A stretch of 64,000 bases of DNA from Candidatus Dormiibacterota bacterium (GTDB taxonomy: Bacteria; Chloroflexota; Dormibacteria; Aeolococcales; Aeolococcaceae). Location: assembly GCA_963833055.1 (NCBI GenBank), contig CAWHWM010000005.1, positions 9,321-73,320 on the forward strand, written 5' to 3'. Position numbers and translations under genes: made by a program. Below the pieces are notes generated by a model. The model saw only the letters and a program-made list of their open reading frames with translations, did not search any database and was not told the origin of the DNA. Shown here one piece after another: positions 39,324 to 48,890 of this stretch (positions within the stretch are counted from its first letter, which is position 1; every line of letters begins with the position of its first letter).

Positions 39324-40313
39324 ATGGGATTCCCGCTCGACCGACCCCGCCGCCTGCGCCGCACCCCGGCGCTGCGCCGTCTGGCGCGCAAGTCGCGAAT
39401 CAGCCCGGGCCAGCTGATCCATCCCGCCTTCGTTCGCGAGGGCCTCGACGCCCCGCAGCCGATCGGCTCGATGCCGGGGCAGAGCCACGAGTCGATCGAT
39501 TCGCTCTGCGCGACGGTGGAGGAGACGATCCGTCTCGGCATCGGCGGCGTGCTGCTGTTCGGACTGCCTGCGGCCAAGGATGCGCAGGGATCCGGCGCAT
39601 TCGCCGAGGACGGCGTGGTCCAGCAGTCCATCCGCGCGCTGCGCGAGCGCTTTGGCGATGCGTGTGTCGTCATCGCCGATTGCTGTCTCTGCGAGTACAC
39701 CGACCACGGTCACTGTGGATTCCTGCTCGACAACGGCAGCGTCGACAACGACGCGACGCTGGAGCTCTATGCGCGAACCGCCGTCAGTCAGGCTGCAGCC
39801 GGCGCGGACATCATCGCGCCGAGCGGGATGATGGACGGGCAGGTGGCCGCGATACGCGAGGCGCTCGACACATCAGGCTTCACCGAAACGGCGATCCTCG
39901 CGTACAGCGCGAAATTCGCGACCGTGCTGTACGGCCCCTTCCGTGACGCGGCGGAATGCGCGCCGAAATCGGGCGACCGTCGCTCCTACCAGATGGATCC
40001 GGCCAATCAACGTGAGGCGGTTCGCGAGGCGATCCTCGATGTCGAGGAGGGCGCTGACATGGTCATGGTCAAGCCCGCGATGACGTACCTCGACGTTGTG
40101 GCAAGGGTTCGCGATGCAACCGATCTGCCACTTGCCGCGTACTGCGTGAGTGGCGAGTTTGCGATGCTGCACCACGCGGCGGCAGCGGGCGCGTTCGATG
40201 AACGCGCCGCGGTGCTCGAAACACTCGGCGGCATCCACCGCGCGGGTGCCGACATGATCATCACGTACCACGCGCGGGCCGCAGCGGGCTGGCTCGCCGA
40301 CAGCAAGGAGTAA
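39324..40313 (+). CDS. hemB: porphobilinogen synthase (delta-aminolevulinate dehydratase)
   Basis: RPRRLRR N-terminus, metal-site region CLCEYTDHGHCG, active-site Lys contexts MVKPA and YSAKFAT. Confidence 0.9.
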   Translation: MGFPLDRPRRLRRTPALRRLARKSRISPGQLIHPAFVREGLDAPQPIGSMPGQSHESIDSLCATVEETIRLGIGGVLLFGLPAAKDAQGSGAFAEDGVVQQSIRALRERFGDACVVIADCCLCEYTDHGHCGFLLDNGSVDNDATLELYARTAVSQAAAGADIIAPSGMMDGQVAAIREALDTSGFTETAILAYSAKFATVLYGPFRDAAECAPKSGDRRSYQMDPANQREAVREAILDVEEGADMVMVKPAMTYLDVVARVRDATDLPLAAYCVSGEFAMLHHAAAAGAFDERAAVLETLGGIHRAGADMIITYHARAAAGWLADSKE

Positions 40314-40316
40314 TCA

Positions 40317-41114
40317 ATGAGTGACCCGTCCGGCGGCCGGCGCCGCTTTCCACTGGTGCTGGGATCAGGTGCAGTCGTCGTGATCGCCATCGTGGCGATC
40401 GCGATCGGCGTGAACGGCGCAAGCTCGCCGCTGCCCGCACTGCCGAGCCCGACGCCCACTGCGGCTGTGCCCACCCCGAGCGCGACGCCATCGCCGACTC
40501 CGTCGCCAACCGCCGCGGCAACGATCCCCTTCGCAGACTGCTCGAAGGCGACCTTCGGACCGGTGCTCCAGCCGATCAACCCGCCGGCGAGCGTGCACGT
40601 GTACTCGGCTGCGCCGGCAATGACGATCAACACGAGCAAGCTCTATCAGGCGACGATCGTGACCGCAAAAGGCGACATCGTCCTTTGCCTGCAACCGAAT
40701 CTCGCGCCGAACACGGTGAATGTGATCGTGACGCTGATGCGCAACAAGTACTACAACGGCATCCCGTTTCAGCGCGTCGTCGCCGCGTTCGTCATCCAGG
40801 GTGGCGACCCGGAATGCATCGGCGCCGTCCCGGCAGCGCCTGCAACTCCGTCGGGACAGTGCGGTGATGGCGGCCCTGGGTTCCAGTTCAATGACGAGCC
40901 GGTGCATCAGCAGTACGTCGAGGGTGCTGTTGCGATGGCCAACAGCGGCGCCAACACCAACGGCTCGCAGTTCTTCATCTGCATCGCCGATGACTCGACG
41001 CAGCTCACGCCGTCCTACAACCTCTTCGGCAAGGTGGAGTCGGGAATGCCGGTGGCACTCGCGGTCACGCAGGGAACCGTGATGGAGTCCATCACCGTGC
41101 GAGAGCAGACCTAG
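40317..41114 (+). CDS. cyclophilin-type peptidyl-prolyl cis-trans isomerase with N-terminal membrane anchor and Pro/Thr/Ser linker
   Basis: TM VVVIAIVAIAIGV; CLD motifs FQRVVAAFVIQGGDP, MANSGANTNGSQFFI. Confidence 0.85.
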   Translation: MSDPSGGRRRFPLVLGSGAVVVIAIVAIAIGVNGASSPLPALPSPTPTAAVPTPSATPSPTPSPTAAATIPFADCSKATFGPVLQPINPPASVHVYSAAPAMTINTSKLYQATIVTAKGDIVLCLQPNLAPNTVNVIVTLMRNKYYNGIPFQRVVAAFVIQGGDPECIGAVPAAPATPSGQCGDGGPGFQFNDEPVHQQYVEGAVAMANSGANTNGSQFFICIADDSTQLTPSYNLFGKVESGMPVALAVTQGTVMESITVREQT

Positions 41115-41118
41115 CGCC

Positions 41119-42411
41119 ATGAATGACAGCAACGCCCGGGCGCTGCGCGAGCGTGCCGAGCGTGTGCTCCCGGGCGGGGTTGACAGCCCCGTCCGTGCCT
41201 ATCGCGCCGTGCCGGGGGTGCCGCCGCACATCGTCCGGGGCAGCGGCGCGCACGTCGTCGACGCGGACGGGAACGACTTCATCGATTACGTGCTGGCGTA
41301 CGGGCCGCACATCCTCGGCCATCAGCCGCCCCAGGTCCTTGCGGCCGTCCGAGCCCAGCTCGATCGCGGGATCGCCTATGGGCACACCGTGGAGCTCGAG
41401 GTCGATCTCGCGGAGCGAATCGTCGCCGCCGTCGAATCGGTCGAGATGGTGCGGTTCGTCACCTCGGGCACCGAGGCGGCGATGTCCGCCGTTCGCCTCG
41501 CGCGCGCAGCCACGGGTCGCGACCGGATCGTGAAGTTCGCGGGCGGCTACCACGGCCACGCGGACGCGCTCCTTGCCGAGGCAGGCTCCGGGATCGCGAC
41601 GCTCGGCATCCCGGGTTCGCCAGGGGTCCCGGCCGGTGCAGTCGCGGAGACCACCGTCCTTCCGTACAACGACCTCGATTCGGTGGCGGCGCTCTTCGAA
41701 CGCGAGGGCGAGCACATCGCCGCGGTGATCGTGGAACCGGTCGCCGGGAACATGGGGTGCATCCCTCCGCAGGCGGGCTTTCTGGACGGACTTCGCCGGC
41801 TCACATCCAAATGGGGTGCTTTGCTCGTATTCGATGAAGTGATGACCGGATTTCGCGTGGCTTATGGCGGCGCCCAGGCGCTCTACGGAGTTCGTCCCGA
41901 TCTCAGCCTCTTCGGCAAGGTGATCGGCGGCGGCCTTCCGGTCGGCGCCTATGGCGGGCGCCGTGACCTCATGGAGCAGATCGCGCCGTCAGGTCCCGTC
42001 TACCAGGCGGGGACGCTCTCCGGCAGCCCGCCCGCAATGGCTGCGGGCATCGCGGCACTCGATGTGCTCCGCGACGATCCGCAGCTGTACGTGCGTCTGG
42101 AAGGGCTGGGAGCCCGGCTGCAGGCCGGCTTCGAGACCGCGGCCGCCGACGCCGGGATGCCCTGCACGGTCGGCCGGGTGGGCAGCATGGTGACGCCGTT
42201 CCTCGGAGTGACCGAGGCACGCTCCTTCGACGACGTCAAGCGCGCCGACCGCGAGCGGTTCGGGCGTCTCCACGCCGGCTGGCTCGACGCGGGCGTCCTC
42301 TGGCCGCCCTCGCAATTTGAGACTGCTTTTCTTTCGACAGCGCACACGACTGAGGACGTCGACAGGACGGTTGAAGCGTTCGCCCGAGCCCTGTCCGCGG
42401 TCTCAGTCTGA
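41119..42411 (+). CDS. hemL: glutamate-1-semialdehyde 2,1-aminomutase
   Basis: LPGGVDSPVRAYRAV N-terminus, FDEVMTGFRVAYGG, LFGKVIGGGLPVGAYGG (Lys); positioned in the heme operon. Confidence 0.9.
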   Translation: MNDSNARALRERAERVLPGGVDSPVRAYRAVPGVPPHIVRGSGAHVVDADGNDFIDYVLAYGPHILGHQPPQVLAAVRAQLDRGIAYGHTVELEVDLAERIVAAVESVEMVRFVTSGTEAAMSAVRLARAATGRDRIVKFAGGYHGHADALLAEAGSGIATLGIPGSPGVPAGAVAETTVLPYNDLDSVAALFEREGEHIAAVIVEPVAGNMGCIPPQAGFLDGLRRLTSKWGALLVFDEVMTGFRVAYGGAQALYGVRPDLSLFGKVIGGGLPVGAYGGRRDLMEQIAPSGPVYQAGTLSGSPPAMAAGIAALDVLRDDPQLYVRLEGLGARLQAGFETAAADAGMPCTVGRVGSMVTPFLGVTEARSFDDVKRADRERFGRLHAGWLDAGVLWPPSQFETAFLSTAHTTEDVDRTVEAFARALSAVSV

Positions 42412-42453
42412 TCTCAGGGGTATGACAAAAATGGTGCTAGACTGGAGGCCGAC

Positions 42454-42769
42454 ATGCTGAGTGAACTCACGGGACATCTGCCGGAAATCATCATCGTCCT
42501 GGTGGTGATCCTGATCATCTGGGGACCGGGCAAGCTCCCCGATGTCGGTGCTGCCATGGGCAAGGGGATTCGCGAGTTTCGCAAGGCCTCGGCCGAGACG
42601 CATCGACTCCGTGATGGGCACGAGCACGACGGCAACGCCGGCGCCCGCCCCCGCACAACCGGCCCCAGTGGTTCAGGTTGTCGCGGCACCCGCGCCGGCC
42701 GTGCAGCCTGCGGAGCCGGTCACCGTCCCGGCCGACACGACGACACACCAGCCCTCAGTCTCTGGCTGA
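42454..42769 (+). CDS. tatA: twin-arginine translocase subunit TatA/E (C-terminal frame ambiguous)
   Basis: N-terminal TM + hinge IIIVLVVILIIWGPGKLP and amphipathic helix GKGIREFRKAS; the low-complexity Ala/Pro C-terminus typical of TatA is in frame +1 (ORF 42542-42769), suggesting an indel near 42595. Confidence 0.7.
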
Positions 42770-42807
42770 CGCGCCCGTCAGGCGCGCGCTGATCGGAGGC
42801 ACGTAAG

Positions 42808-43560
42808 GTGCAGGGAGTGGCAGGCGACGACGAGCGGCGGATGACGATCGTCCAGCACCTGGAGGAGCTACGCCGTGTGCTCATCTGGGTGATGGGCGCT
42901 TGGCTCATCGGGACGGCGATCGCCTTCATCTTCAACGGGTTCTTCCTCGGGATCCTGTTGCACCCGCTGCACACGGTGCTCGCCAACTCGCACAGCATCA
43001 TCCCGAACGACGAGGCGATCATCACGAGCCCCACCGAGGGGCTCACGGTTCCGTTGAAGATCTCCGCAGTCGTCGGCGTCGTGATCTCGCTGCCGATAAC
43101 GCTCTGGCAGATCTGGAACTTCGTGTCCCCGGGTCTGCGGCCGAAGGAGCGCAAGTTCGTCGGTCCATTCATCGCGAGCGCGATCCTGCTGTTCGCGGCG
43201 GGGGCGGCATTCGCCTACTTCGTGATGCCGCTCGGCCTGAACTTCCTGACGAATTTCCTGAACGGCCACGCCGTGTACTTCCCGGACATCAACTCGTACA
43301 TCTCGTTCTTCCTGATCGTGTGCTTCGTCTTCGGGATCACGTTCGAGATGCCCGTGGTGATCGTGCTGCTCGGCCTGCTCGGCTTCGTGTCGTCGAAGAA
43401 GCTGAAGGGCTGGCGCAAGGTCTCGTACATCGGGATCATCGCCGTGGCGCTCGTGATCACGCCGGGGGCCGACCCGTTCACGCCGACGGCGCTCGCGATC
43501 CCGCTGCTGTTGCTGTACGAGGCGTCGATCATCGTGCTCCAGCGCATCTTCCGGCGGTGA
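42808..43560 (+). CDS. tatC: twin-arginine translocase subunit TatC
   Basis: 6 TM; conserved IVQHLEELRRVL N-terminus and FGITFEMPVV motif. Confidence 0.9.
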   Translation: MQGVAGDDERRMTIVQHLEELRRVLIWVMGAWLIGTAIAFIFNGFFLGILLHPLHTVLANSHSIIPNDEAIITSPTEGLTVPLKISAVVGVVISLPITLWQIWNFVSPGLRPKERKFVGPFIASAILLFAAGAAFAYFVMPLGLNFLTNFLNGHAVYFPDINSYISFFLIVCFVFGITFEMPVVIVLLGLLGFVSSKKLKGWRKVSYIGIIAVALVITPGADPFTPTALAIPLLLLYEASIIVLQRIFRR

Positions 43561-43591
43561 TCTCCGGGTCGACCGATACACTCGGCCGACA

Positions 43592-44314
43592 ATGCGCCCA
43601 GATCAACGAGCCGCCGATGAACTCCGTCCGACCTCGATCGAACTGCACACGCTCCCCTACGCCGAGGGCAGCGCACTGATCACGATGGGGGACACGCGGG
43701 TCCTCTGCGCGGCAACGGTGGAGGAGCGAGTCCCCCATTCCGCAAAGGCAGCGGGAGGGGATGGGTCACCGCCGAGTACGCCATGCTGCCGCGGAGCACG
43801 CAGACGCGCTCGGACCGCGACGGCCGCAAGGGTCGGGTGGACGGTCGCGTCCAGGAGATCCAGCGCCTCATCGGCCGGAGCCTCCGGGCCGCTGTCGATT
43901 TCGAGGCGCTCGGCGAACGGAGCATCCTCATCGACTGCGACGTCATCGTTGCCGACGGCGGGCACGCGGACCGCGTCGATCACCGGTGGGTATGTCGCGC
44001 TGGCGCTGGCCGTCGGACGCCTGCGCGAGGCGCGGGTGGTCCGCACGGACCCGTTGCGCTGGCCTGTGGCTGCCGTGAGCGCGGGCATCGTCTCGGGTGA
44101 GGCGCGGCTCGATCTCTGCTACCTCGAGGACTCGGCCGCGGAGACCGACATGAACTGCGTGGGGTCGCTCGACGGCAGGTTCATCGAGCTGCAGGGATCG
44201 GCGGAGCAGGAGCCGTTCTCGCGCGAGGAGCTCGATTCCCTCCTCGGACTTGCCGGGACCGGCCTGAGCAAGCTCTTCGCGCTCCAGGCAGAGGTGTTGA
44301 GCGGCGCGAGGTGA
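43592..44314 (+). CDS. rph: ribonuclease PH (two apparent frameshifts, near 43740 and 43960)
   Basis: N-term RADELRP...[28 protein letters not shown] and C-term TGGYVALA...DMNCV in frame 0; middle segment ([47 protein letters not shown]) in ORF 43783-44100. Confidence 0.8.
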   Translation: MRPDQRAADELRPTSIELHTLPYAEGSALITMGDTRVLCAATVEERVPHSAKAAGGDGSPPSTPCCRGARRRARTATAARVGWTVASRRSSASSAGASGPLSISRRSANGASSSTATSSLPTAGTRTASITGGYVALALAVGRLREARVVRTDPLRWPVAAVSAGIVSGEARLDLCYLEDSAAETDMNCVGSLDGRFIELQGSAEQEPFSREELDSLLGLAGTGLSKLFALQAEVLSGAR

Positions 44315-44919
44315 GCGGACCAACGCTGCTCCTGGCCACGCGAAACCCGGGCAAGATCCGCGAGCTCCGCAAGCTGCTCGAGCCTTTCGCGCTGACCCTC
44401 GCGTCCCTGGACGAGGTTGGCTTCGACGCGGTGCTCGAGGAGCCCGGGCCCGGCTACACGGAGTCGGCGCTCGCCAAGGCGGTCACCGTCTGCACTGCGA
44501 TGGGGATGCCGGCGCTCGCCGACGACAGCGGGATCGAGGTGGACGCACTGCGGGGCTGGCCCGGCCCGATGTCGGCCCGCTGGATGGGTGAGGACGCCAC
44601 GGACCTGGACCGGCTTCACGGCCTGCTCGCCGAGGTGGAGCGCAGGACGCCGGATGACCGCCGGGCTCGCTACGTGTGCGTTGCCGCGCTGGCGCGTCCG
44701 GGAGCGGAACCGGTGACCGCCCACGGCGAGTGCCTCGGGACGCTCGTGGCGCCGCGGGGCACCAACGGCTTCGGCTACGACCCCGCCTTTCTGTCGGTCG
44801 ACCTGGGCATCACGTTCGCAGAAGCACCTGACGAAGCCAAGGAGCGCGTCTCGCACCGGGCTCGAGCGATCGCCCGCCTTGGCGAATCCGGCGCCTTCGA
44901 GGCTCCTTCGCTGCGCTGA
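44311..44919 (+). CDS. rdgB: non-canonical purine NTP pyrophosphatase (RdgB/HAM1 family)
   Basis: GTG overlaps the rph stop (GTGA); LLLATRNPGKIREL, ADDSGIEVDAL, FGYDPAF. Confidence 0.85.
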   Translation: MSGPTLLLATRNPGKIRELRKLLEPFALTLASLDEVGFDAVLEEPGPGYTESALAKAVTVCTAMGMPALADDSGIEVDALRGWPGPMSARWMGEDATDLDRLHGLLAEVERRTPDDRRARYVCVAALARPGAEPVTAHGECLGTLVAPRGTNGFGYDPAFLSVDLGITFAEAPDEAKERVSHRARAIARLGESGAFEAPSLR

Positions 44920-44922
44920 CGC

Positions 44923-45648
44923 TCAGCCTGCCGGGATGGCGGCGCCGGTGACCGCCGCGGCCTCGTCCGACAGCAGCCAGTCGATGACCGCGGCAACCGA
45001 ATCCGTGCTCACCCATGTGTCCCGGTTCGCCTTGGGCATGTCGCGGCGATTCGCCGGCGTGTCCATGGTGCCGGGCAGGACGGCATTGACCGTGATCCCG
45101 TGTCCCCGCAGCTCCGCGGCCATCACCTGCGCGAGGCGGAGCACCGCGGCCTTGCTGACCTGGTAGGCGGCCTGTCCACGGGCAACGTCGACTGCTGCGC
45201 GCGAGGCGACGATCACGATGCGACCACCGGCGCCACCACCGACCATCGAGGCCGCCGCGGCGCGAGCGAGACGCCATGGGCCGAGAAGGTTCGCGTCGAG
45301 CTGCTCCTGGATCGCCTCGTCGTCGACCTCGTGGGCACGCCCGCCGGCATAACCGCCGGAGGCGCTGACCATTGCCTCCCACGCTCCCATGGCGTCGACG
45401 GTTACGCGCAAACGCTCGACCGACTTGACGTCGTCGAGATCGCACTCGACCTCGGTGACGCCCTCCTGCGGCTGGGTGCGGCCCGGGTGGCGCGTCGGCA
45501 CGACGACCTGACGGCCGCCCTTCACGAGGCGGCTGACCACGGCACTGCCGAGCGCTCCGCCACCACCACCGACAACGGTGATCCCGCTTCGCCGAACAAC
45601 CACAATGCTTCCTCGTGGATCGAGGGACCGAGCCGACGTTCCGACCAC
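44923..45648 (-). CDS. SDR-family short-chain dehydrogenase/reductase
   Basis: Gly-rich fold ITVVGGGGGALG, catalytic YxxxK AAYQVSKAA, NAVLPG; true start probably internal (GTG ~45603) to avoid overlap with the divergent protease start. Confidence 0.8.
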   Translation of the reverse strand: MVGTSARSLDPRGSIVVVRRSGITVVGGGGGALGSAVVSRLVKGGRQVVVPTRHPGRTQPQEGVTEVECDLDDVKSVERLRVTVDAMGAWEAMVSASGGYAGGRAHEVDDEAIQEQLDANLLGPWRLARAAAASMVGGGAGGRIVIVASRAAVDVARGQAAYQVSKAAVLRLAQVMAAELRGHGITVNAVLPGTMDTPANRRDMPKANRDTWVSTDSVAAVIDWLLSDEAAAVTGAAIPAG

Positions 45649-46424
45649 GTGCCGTGGCTCGTGCCCTGGCGGCCATCATCGCGCTCCTGATGGTCGGGCT
45701 GGCGGGCTTTCTGGTGGCACGCAACGCGGCGCAGATCAACCCGGAGCAGGTGCCGCCCGTGCGCCTGCCACCGGTGGTGACACCGAGCCCATCGCCGGTC
45801 GGCCTGACCGACCTCGGGCTGAACGACCTCGCGAGCGTGGTGACCATCGAGGCGGAGCTCGAGAACGGCTCGGAAGAGTCGCTCGGCACCGGGTGGATCT
45901 TCGACAGCCTCGGTGACGTCGTCACCAATGCGCACGTCATCGACGGCGACGACACGCTTCGCGTGACCGACCGCGCCGATCACACGCACGTCGCCCGGGT
46001 GGTGCAGAGCGACGCCAACGTCGACATCGCGATGCTCCGGGTCACAGGCACGCTGGCCGGAACGCCGCTGCCCATCGACACCAGGGCGCTCAGCGCGGCC
46101 CCGCAACCCGTCATCACGCTGGCGTCGAGCCGCGCCACGGGGCACGGCGACATGACGGCCGAGACGCTCAAACAGCTCGATGTCGATGTCCCGCTTGCCG
46201 GCACCGGCATCGAAGCCGGGCAGTCCTCGCCCCAGGAGTACGACGACATGCTCTTTCTCGAGGGGGCGAGGATCTACGAGGGCAACAGCGGCGGCCCCGT
46301 CCTCAACGCATCCGGGCAGGTGATCGGCATCGTCACGCTGGCGAGCCCGAGCGCTCCCGAGGCGTATGCAATCCCGATCAGCAGGGTGATCGCCGAGCTG
46401 CGACAGTGGGTCGCAGCCGGCTGA
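45615..46424 (+). CDS. membrane-anchored trypsin-like (S1 family) serine peptidase, no PDZ
   Basis: TM ALAAIIALLMVGLAGFLV; triad contexts TNAHVI (His), DIAML (Asp), GNSGGPV (Ser). Confidence 0.8.
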   Translation: MDRGTEPTFRPRAVARALAAIIALLMVGLAGFLVARNAAQINPEQVPPVRLPPVVTPSPSPVGLTDLGLNDLASVVTIEAELENGSEESLGTGWIFDSLGDVVTNAHVIDGDDTLRVTDRADHTHVARVVQSDANVDIAMLRVTGTLAGTPLPIDTRALSAAPQPVITLASSRATGHGDMTAETLKQLDVDVPLAGTGIEAGQSSPQEYDDMLFLEGARIYEGNSGGPVLNASGQVIGIVTLASPSAPEAYAIPISRVIAELRQWVAAG

Positions 46425-46492
46425 TTCGGTCCCGCATTGGGTATCGTCATCAGTGACGGGGCGTACAGACGTGCCCAAGGAGTGCAACCACC

Positions 46493-47479
46493 GTGCCCAC
46501 TGACGACTACGACATCGCGATCATCGGCGGCGGTCCCGCCGGGCTCACGGCTGCGCTCTACGCGGGCCGGAATCGCGAGCGGGCCGTGCTGCTCGAGGGC
46601 AAGGCGCCGGGTGGCCAGCTGCTCAATACCGAGCTTATCGAGGATTACCCAGGTTTTCTCTCGATTCTCGGCGGCGAGCTCGCGACCGTCATGGAGGAGC
46701 AGGCCGCGCATTTCGGGACCAAGCTCGTCCGGACCGAGGTCAAGGCGATCAAGGTGCAGCCCGACGGCATGAAGTTGATCGAGACGTACGACGGGGACTA
46801 TCTCGCCCCGGCGGTGATCATCACGGCGGGCGGTAATCCACGCAAGCTCGGTGTGGCGGGCGAGGAGGAGTTCGCGGGCCGCGGTGTGTCGTACTGCGCT
46901 GTCTGCGACGGCGCGTTCTTCAAGGATGTCCATCTCGCGGTTGCCGGCGGCGGTGACGCCGCGGTGGAGGAGGCGCTCTTCCTCACGCGGTACGCGAGCA
47001 AGGTCACGATCATCCACCGGCGCAAGGAGTTTCGCGCGCAACCCATCCTGCTCGACGAGGCGCGCAAGCACCCCAAGATCGACTTCCTCGTGGACACCAT
47101 CATCGAAAGCATCGATGGCGATGAGAAGGTGCGCAAGCTCTCGCTGCGCAACCTCGACACCGAGCGTCGCTCCGAGCTCGAGGTGGGCGGCATCTTCATC
47201 TTCATCGGGTTCATCCCCAACACGCAGCTCGTCGATGCCCACATCGATCATGACAAAGCTGGCTATTACAAGACGGATCCGATGACGATGATGACCAATA
47301 TCCCGGGCATCTTCGCGGCCGGCGACGTCCGGAGCCAGCTGACTCGTCAGATCACCACCGCAGTCGGTGACGCGACGACGGCGACCATCGCGGCGAGCAA
47401 GTGGATCGAGGACTGGCGGCGCGGTCGCGATGACACGAACCCGGAGCTCGTCGAAGCCACGCTGCACGGCGCCGTCTAG
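46493..47479 (+). CDS. trxB: thioredoxin-disulfide reductase
   Basis: GTG 46493 with AAGGAG 11 nt upstream; FAD fold IAIIGGGPAG, redox-active CAVCDG, NADPH fold AVAGGGDAAVEEA. Confidence 0.9.
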   Translation: MPTDDYDIAIIGGGPAGLTAALYAGRNRERAVLLEGKAPGGQLLNTELIEDYPGFLSILGGELATVMEEQAAHFGTKLVRTEVKAIKVQPDGMKLIETYDGDYLAPAVIITAGGNPRKLGVAGEEEFAGRGVSYCAVCDGAFFKDVHLAVAGGGDAAVEEALFLTRYASKVTIIHRRKEFRAQPILLDEARKHPKIDFLVDTIIESIDGDEKVRKLSLRNLDTERRSELEVGGIFIFIGFIPNTQLVDAHIDHDKAGYYKTDPMTMMTNIPGIFAAGDVRSQLTRQITTAVGDATTATIAASKWIEDWRRGRDDTNPELVEATLHGAV

Positions 47480-47488
47480 CCTCCCCGC

Positions 47489-48073
47489 GTGAGCATCACC
47501 ACCGGACACGGCGACGGGGGAGAGACCGGGCTGCTCTACGGCGGCCGGGTGGCGAAAGACGATCTCCACACCGAGGCATACGGCGCGCTGGATGAGGCCA
47601 TCTCGGCGCTCGGCCTCGCCAGGGCGCTCACCAACTCACCGGAGCGTGCCGCGCGCATCCTCGAGCTCCAGCGCGAGCTGTTCGTCGTCGGCGCCGAGCT
47701 GGCGACCGGACCGGGGCACCGTGCCGACCTCGAACGCCATTTCAACGTCGTCACCACGGCGATGACCGACGCCCTGGAGCGCGAGATTCACGATCTCGAA
47801 GGTCGCGTCCCGCTGCCGGGCGGCTTCGTCATCCCGGGTGGAACACCGGTGGGTGCGGCGCTCGACGTCGCTCGGACCCTCGTGCGCCGCGCGGAGCGTC
47901 GAGCCGTTGCGCTGCAACGCGAGGGCGGCGTCGAGAATCCCGAGGTCGTCCGCTATCTCAACCGCTGCTCCGACCTGCTCTTCATGCTCGCTCGCGAGGC
48001 CGAGCAGGGCGCCACCGTCGCCTCGGGCGGACAGCGCCGCCGCGAGGCTGACGGAAAGGCCGATACCCCGTAA
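47489..48073 (+). CDS. ATP:cob(I)alamin adenosyltransferase, PduO type
   Basis: N-terminal TGHGDGGETGLLYGGRV and DLHTEAYGALDEA, typical of the PduO N-terminal domain. Confidence 0.85.
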   Translation: MSITTGHGDGGETGLLYGGRVAKDDLHTEAYGALDEAISALGLARALTNSPERAARILELQRELFVVGAELATGPGHRADLERHFNVVTTAMTDALEREIHDLEGRVPLPGGFVIPGGTPVGAALDVARTLVRRAERRAVALQREGGVENPEVVRYLNRCSDLLFMLAREAEQGATVASGGQRRREADGKADTP

Positions 48074-48077
48074 GGAG

Positions 48078-48890
48078 TTAGCTGGCGGGAACCAGGCCGC
48101 GGCGGCGCAGGAGCCCGCGCTCCAGCGGGGCGAAGATGATGTCGTTGACGGCGATCCCGACGACCAGGATCGCGACCATGGCCGCAAGCATCTCGGGCAT
48201 GTCGCCGAGGCTCCGGCCGTCATCGAGGATGGGGCCGAGACCACCGCTCGCCACCGATCCGATGATCAGCTCAGCGGCCATGAGCGAGCGCCAGGAGAAC
48301 GCCCAGGCCTGCTTCATGCCGGCGACGTATCCCGGCAGCGACGCCGAGAAGATGAAGTGCCGGTAGTACTTCGGGCCGCTTGCGCCCATTGAGCGTGCGA
48401 GGCTGAAGGTCAGCGGTGGGATGTTGTCGTACGCGTACATGACACCCATCGCGATGGACGGGAAGGCACCCATGAGCACCACGAAGTACACCGCGAACTC
48501 GACGTTGCCGCCAAGTGAGAGAAAGATGACCGCAAACGGAACCCACACGACCGACGGAAGGCTCTGCAGGCCGGCAAGCAGTGAGCCGACACCCGCACGC
48601 AGCACCGGGATCCGGGCAACGGCGAGACCCACGATGGTCCCGAACACGAGAGCCACCGCGTAACCGATCGCAGCGCGCTCGAGCGTGTCCATCAGGGCCG
48701 GCAGCAGCACGCCTGTCCGGGTGAGATACACGATCTCGGACCACGTGTCTCCAGGGCCGGGGAGCGCATAGCCTCCCGGCGAGGTGAAGCCGACGATGAC
48801 CAGCAGTTCCCAGAAGCCGAGCAACAGGCCGATGGCGAGTGCCCGCGGCCAAACCGCCTTGAAGATGCGCTGAAGCCTATTCCGTTCCAT
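48078..48890 (-). CDS. ABC transporter permease (NitT/TauT-type binding-protein-dependent inner membrane component)
   Basis: 6 TM; EAA-like loop SLARSMGASGPKYYRHFIFSASLP. Confidence 0.85.
   Translation of the reverse strand: MERNRLQRIFKAVWPRALAIGLLLGFWELLVIVGFTSPGGYALPGPGDTWSEIVYLTRTGVLLPALMDTLERAAIGYAVALVFGTIVGLAVARIPVLRAGVGSLLAGLQSLPSVVWVPFAVIFLSLGGNVEFAVYFVVLMGAFPSIAMGVMYAYDNIPPLTFSLARSMGASGPKYYRHFIFSASLPGYVAGMKQAWAFSWRSLMAAELIIGSVASGGLGPILDDGRSLGDMPEMLAAMVAILVVGIAVNDIIFAPLERGLLRRRGLVPAS

Noticed and set aside
42412-42453. Sigma-70-type promoter for tatA (TAGACT -10-like hexamer)
   Set aside because: A -10-like TAGACT sits 3 nt before the GGAGG ribosome-binding site, but no acceptably spaced -35 element could be found and the leader would be implausibly short. 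Not reported as a feature.
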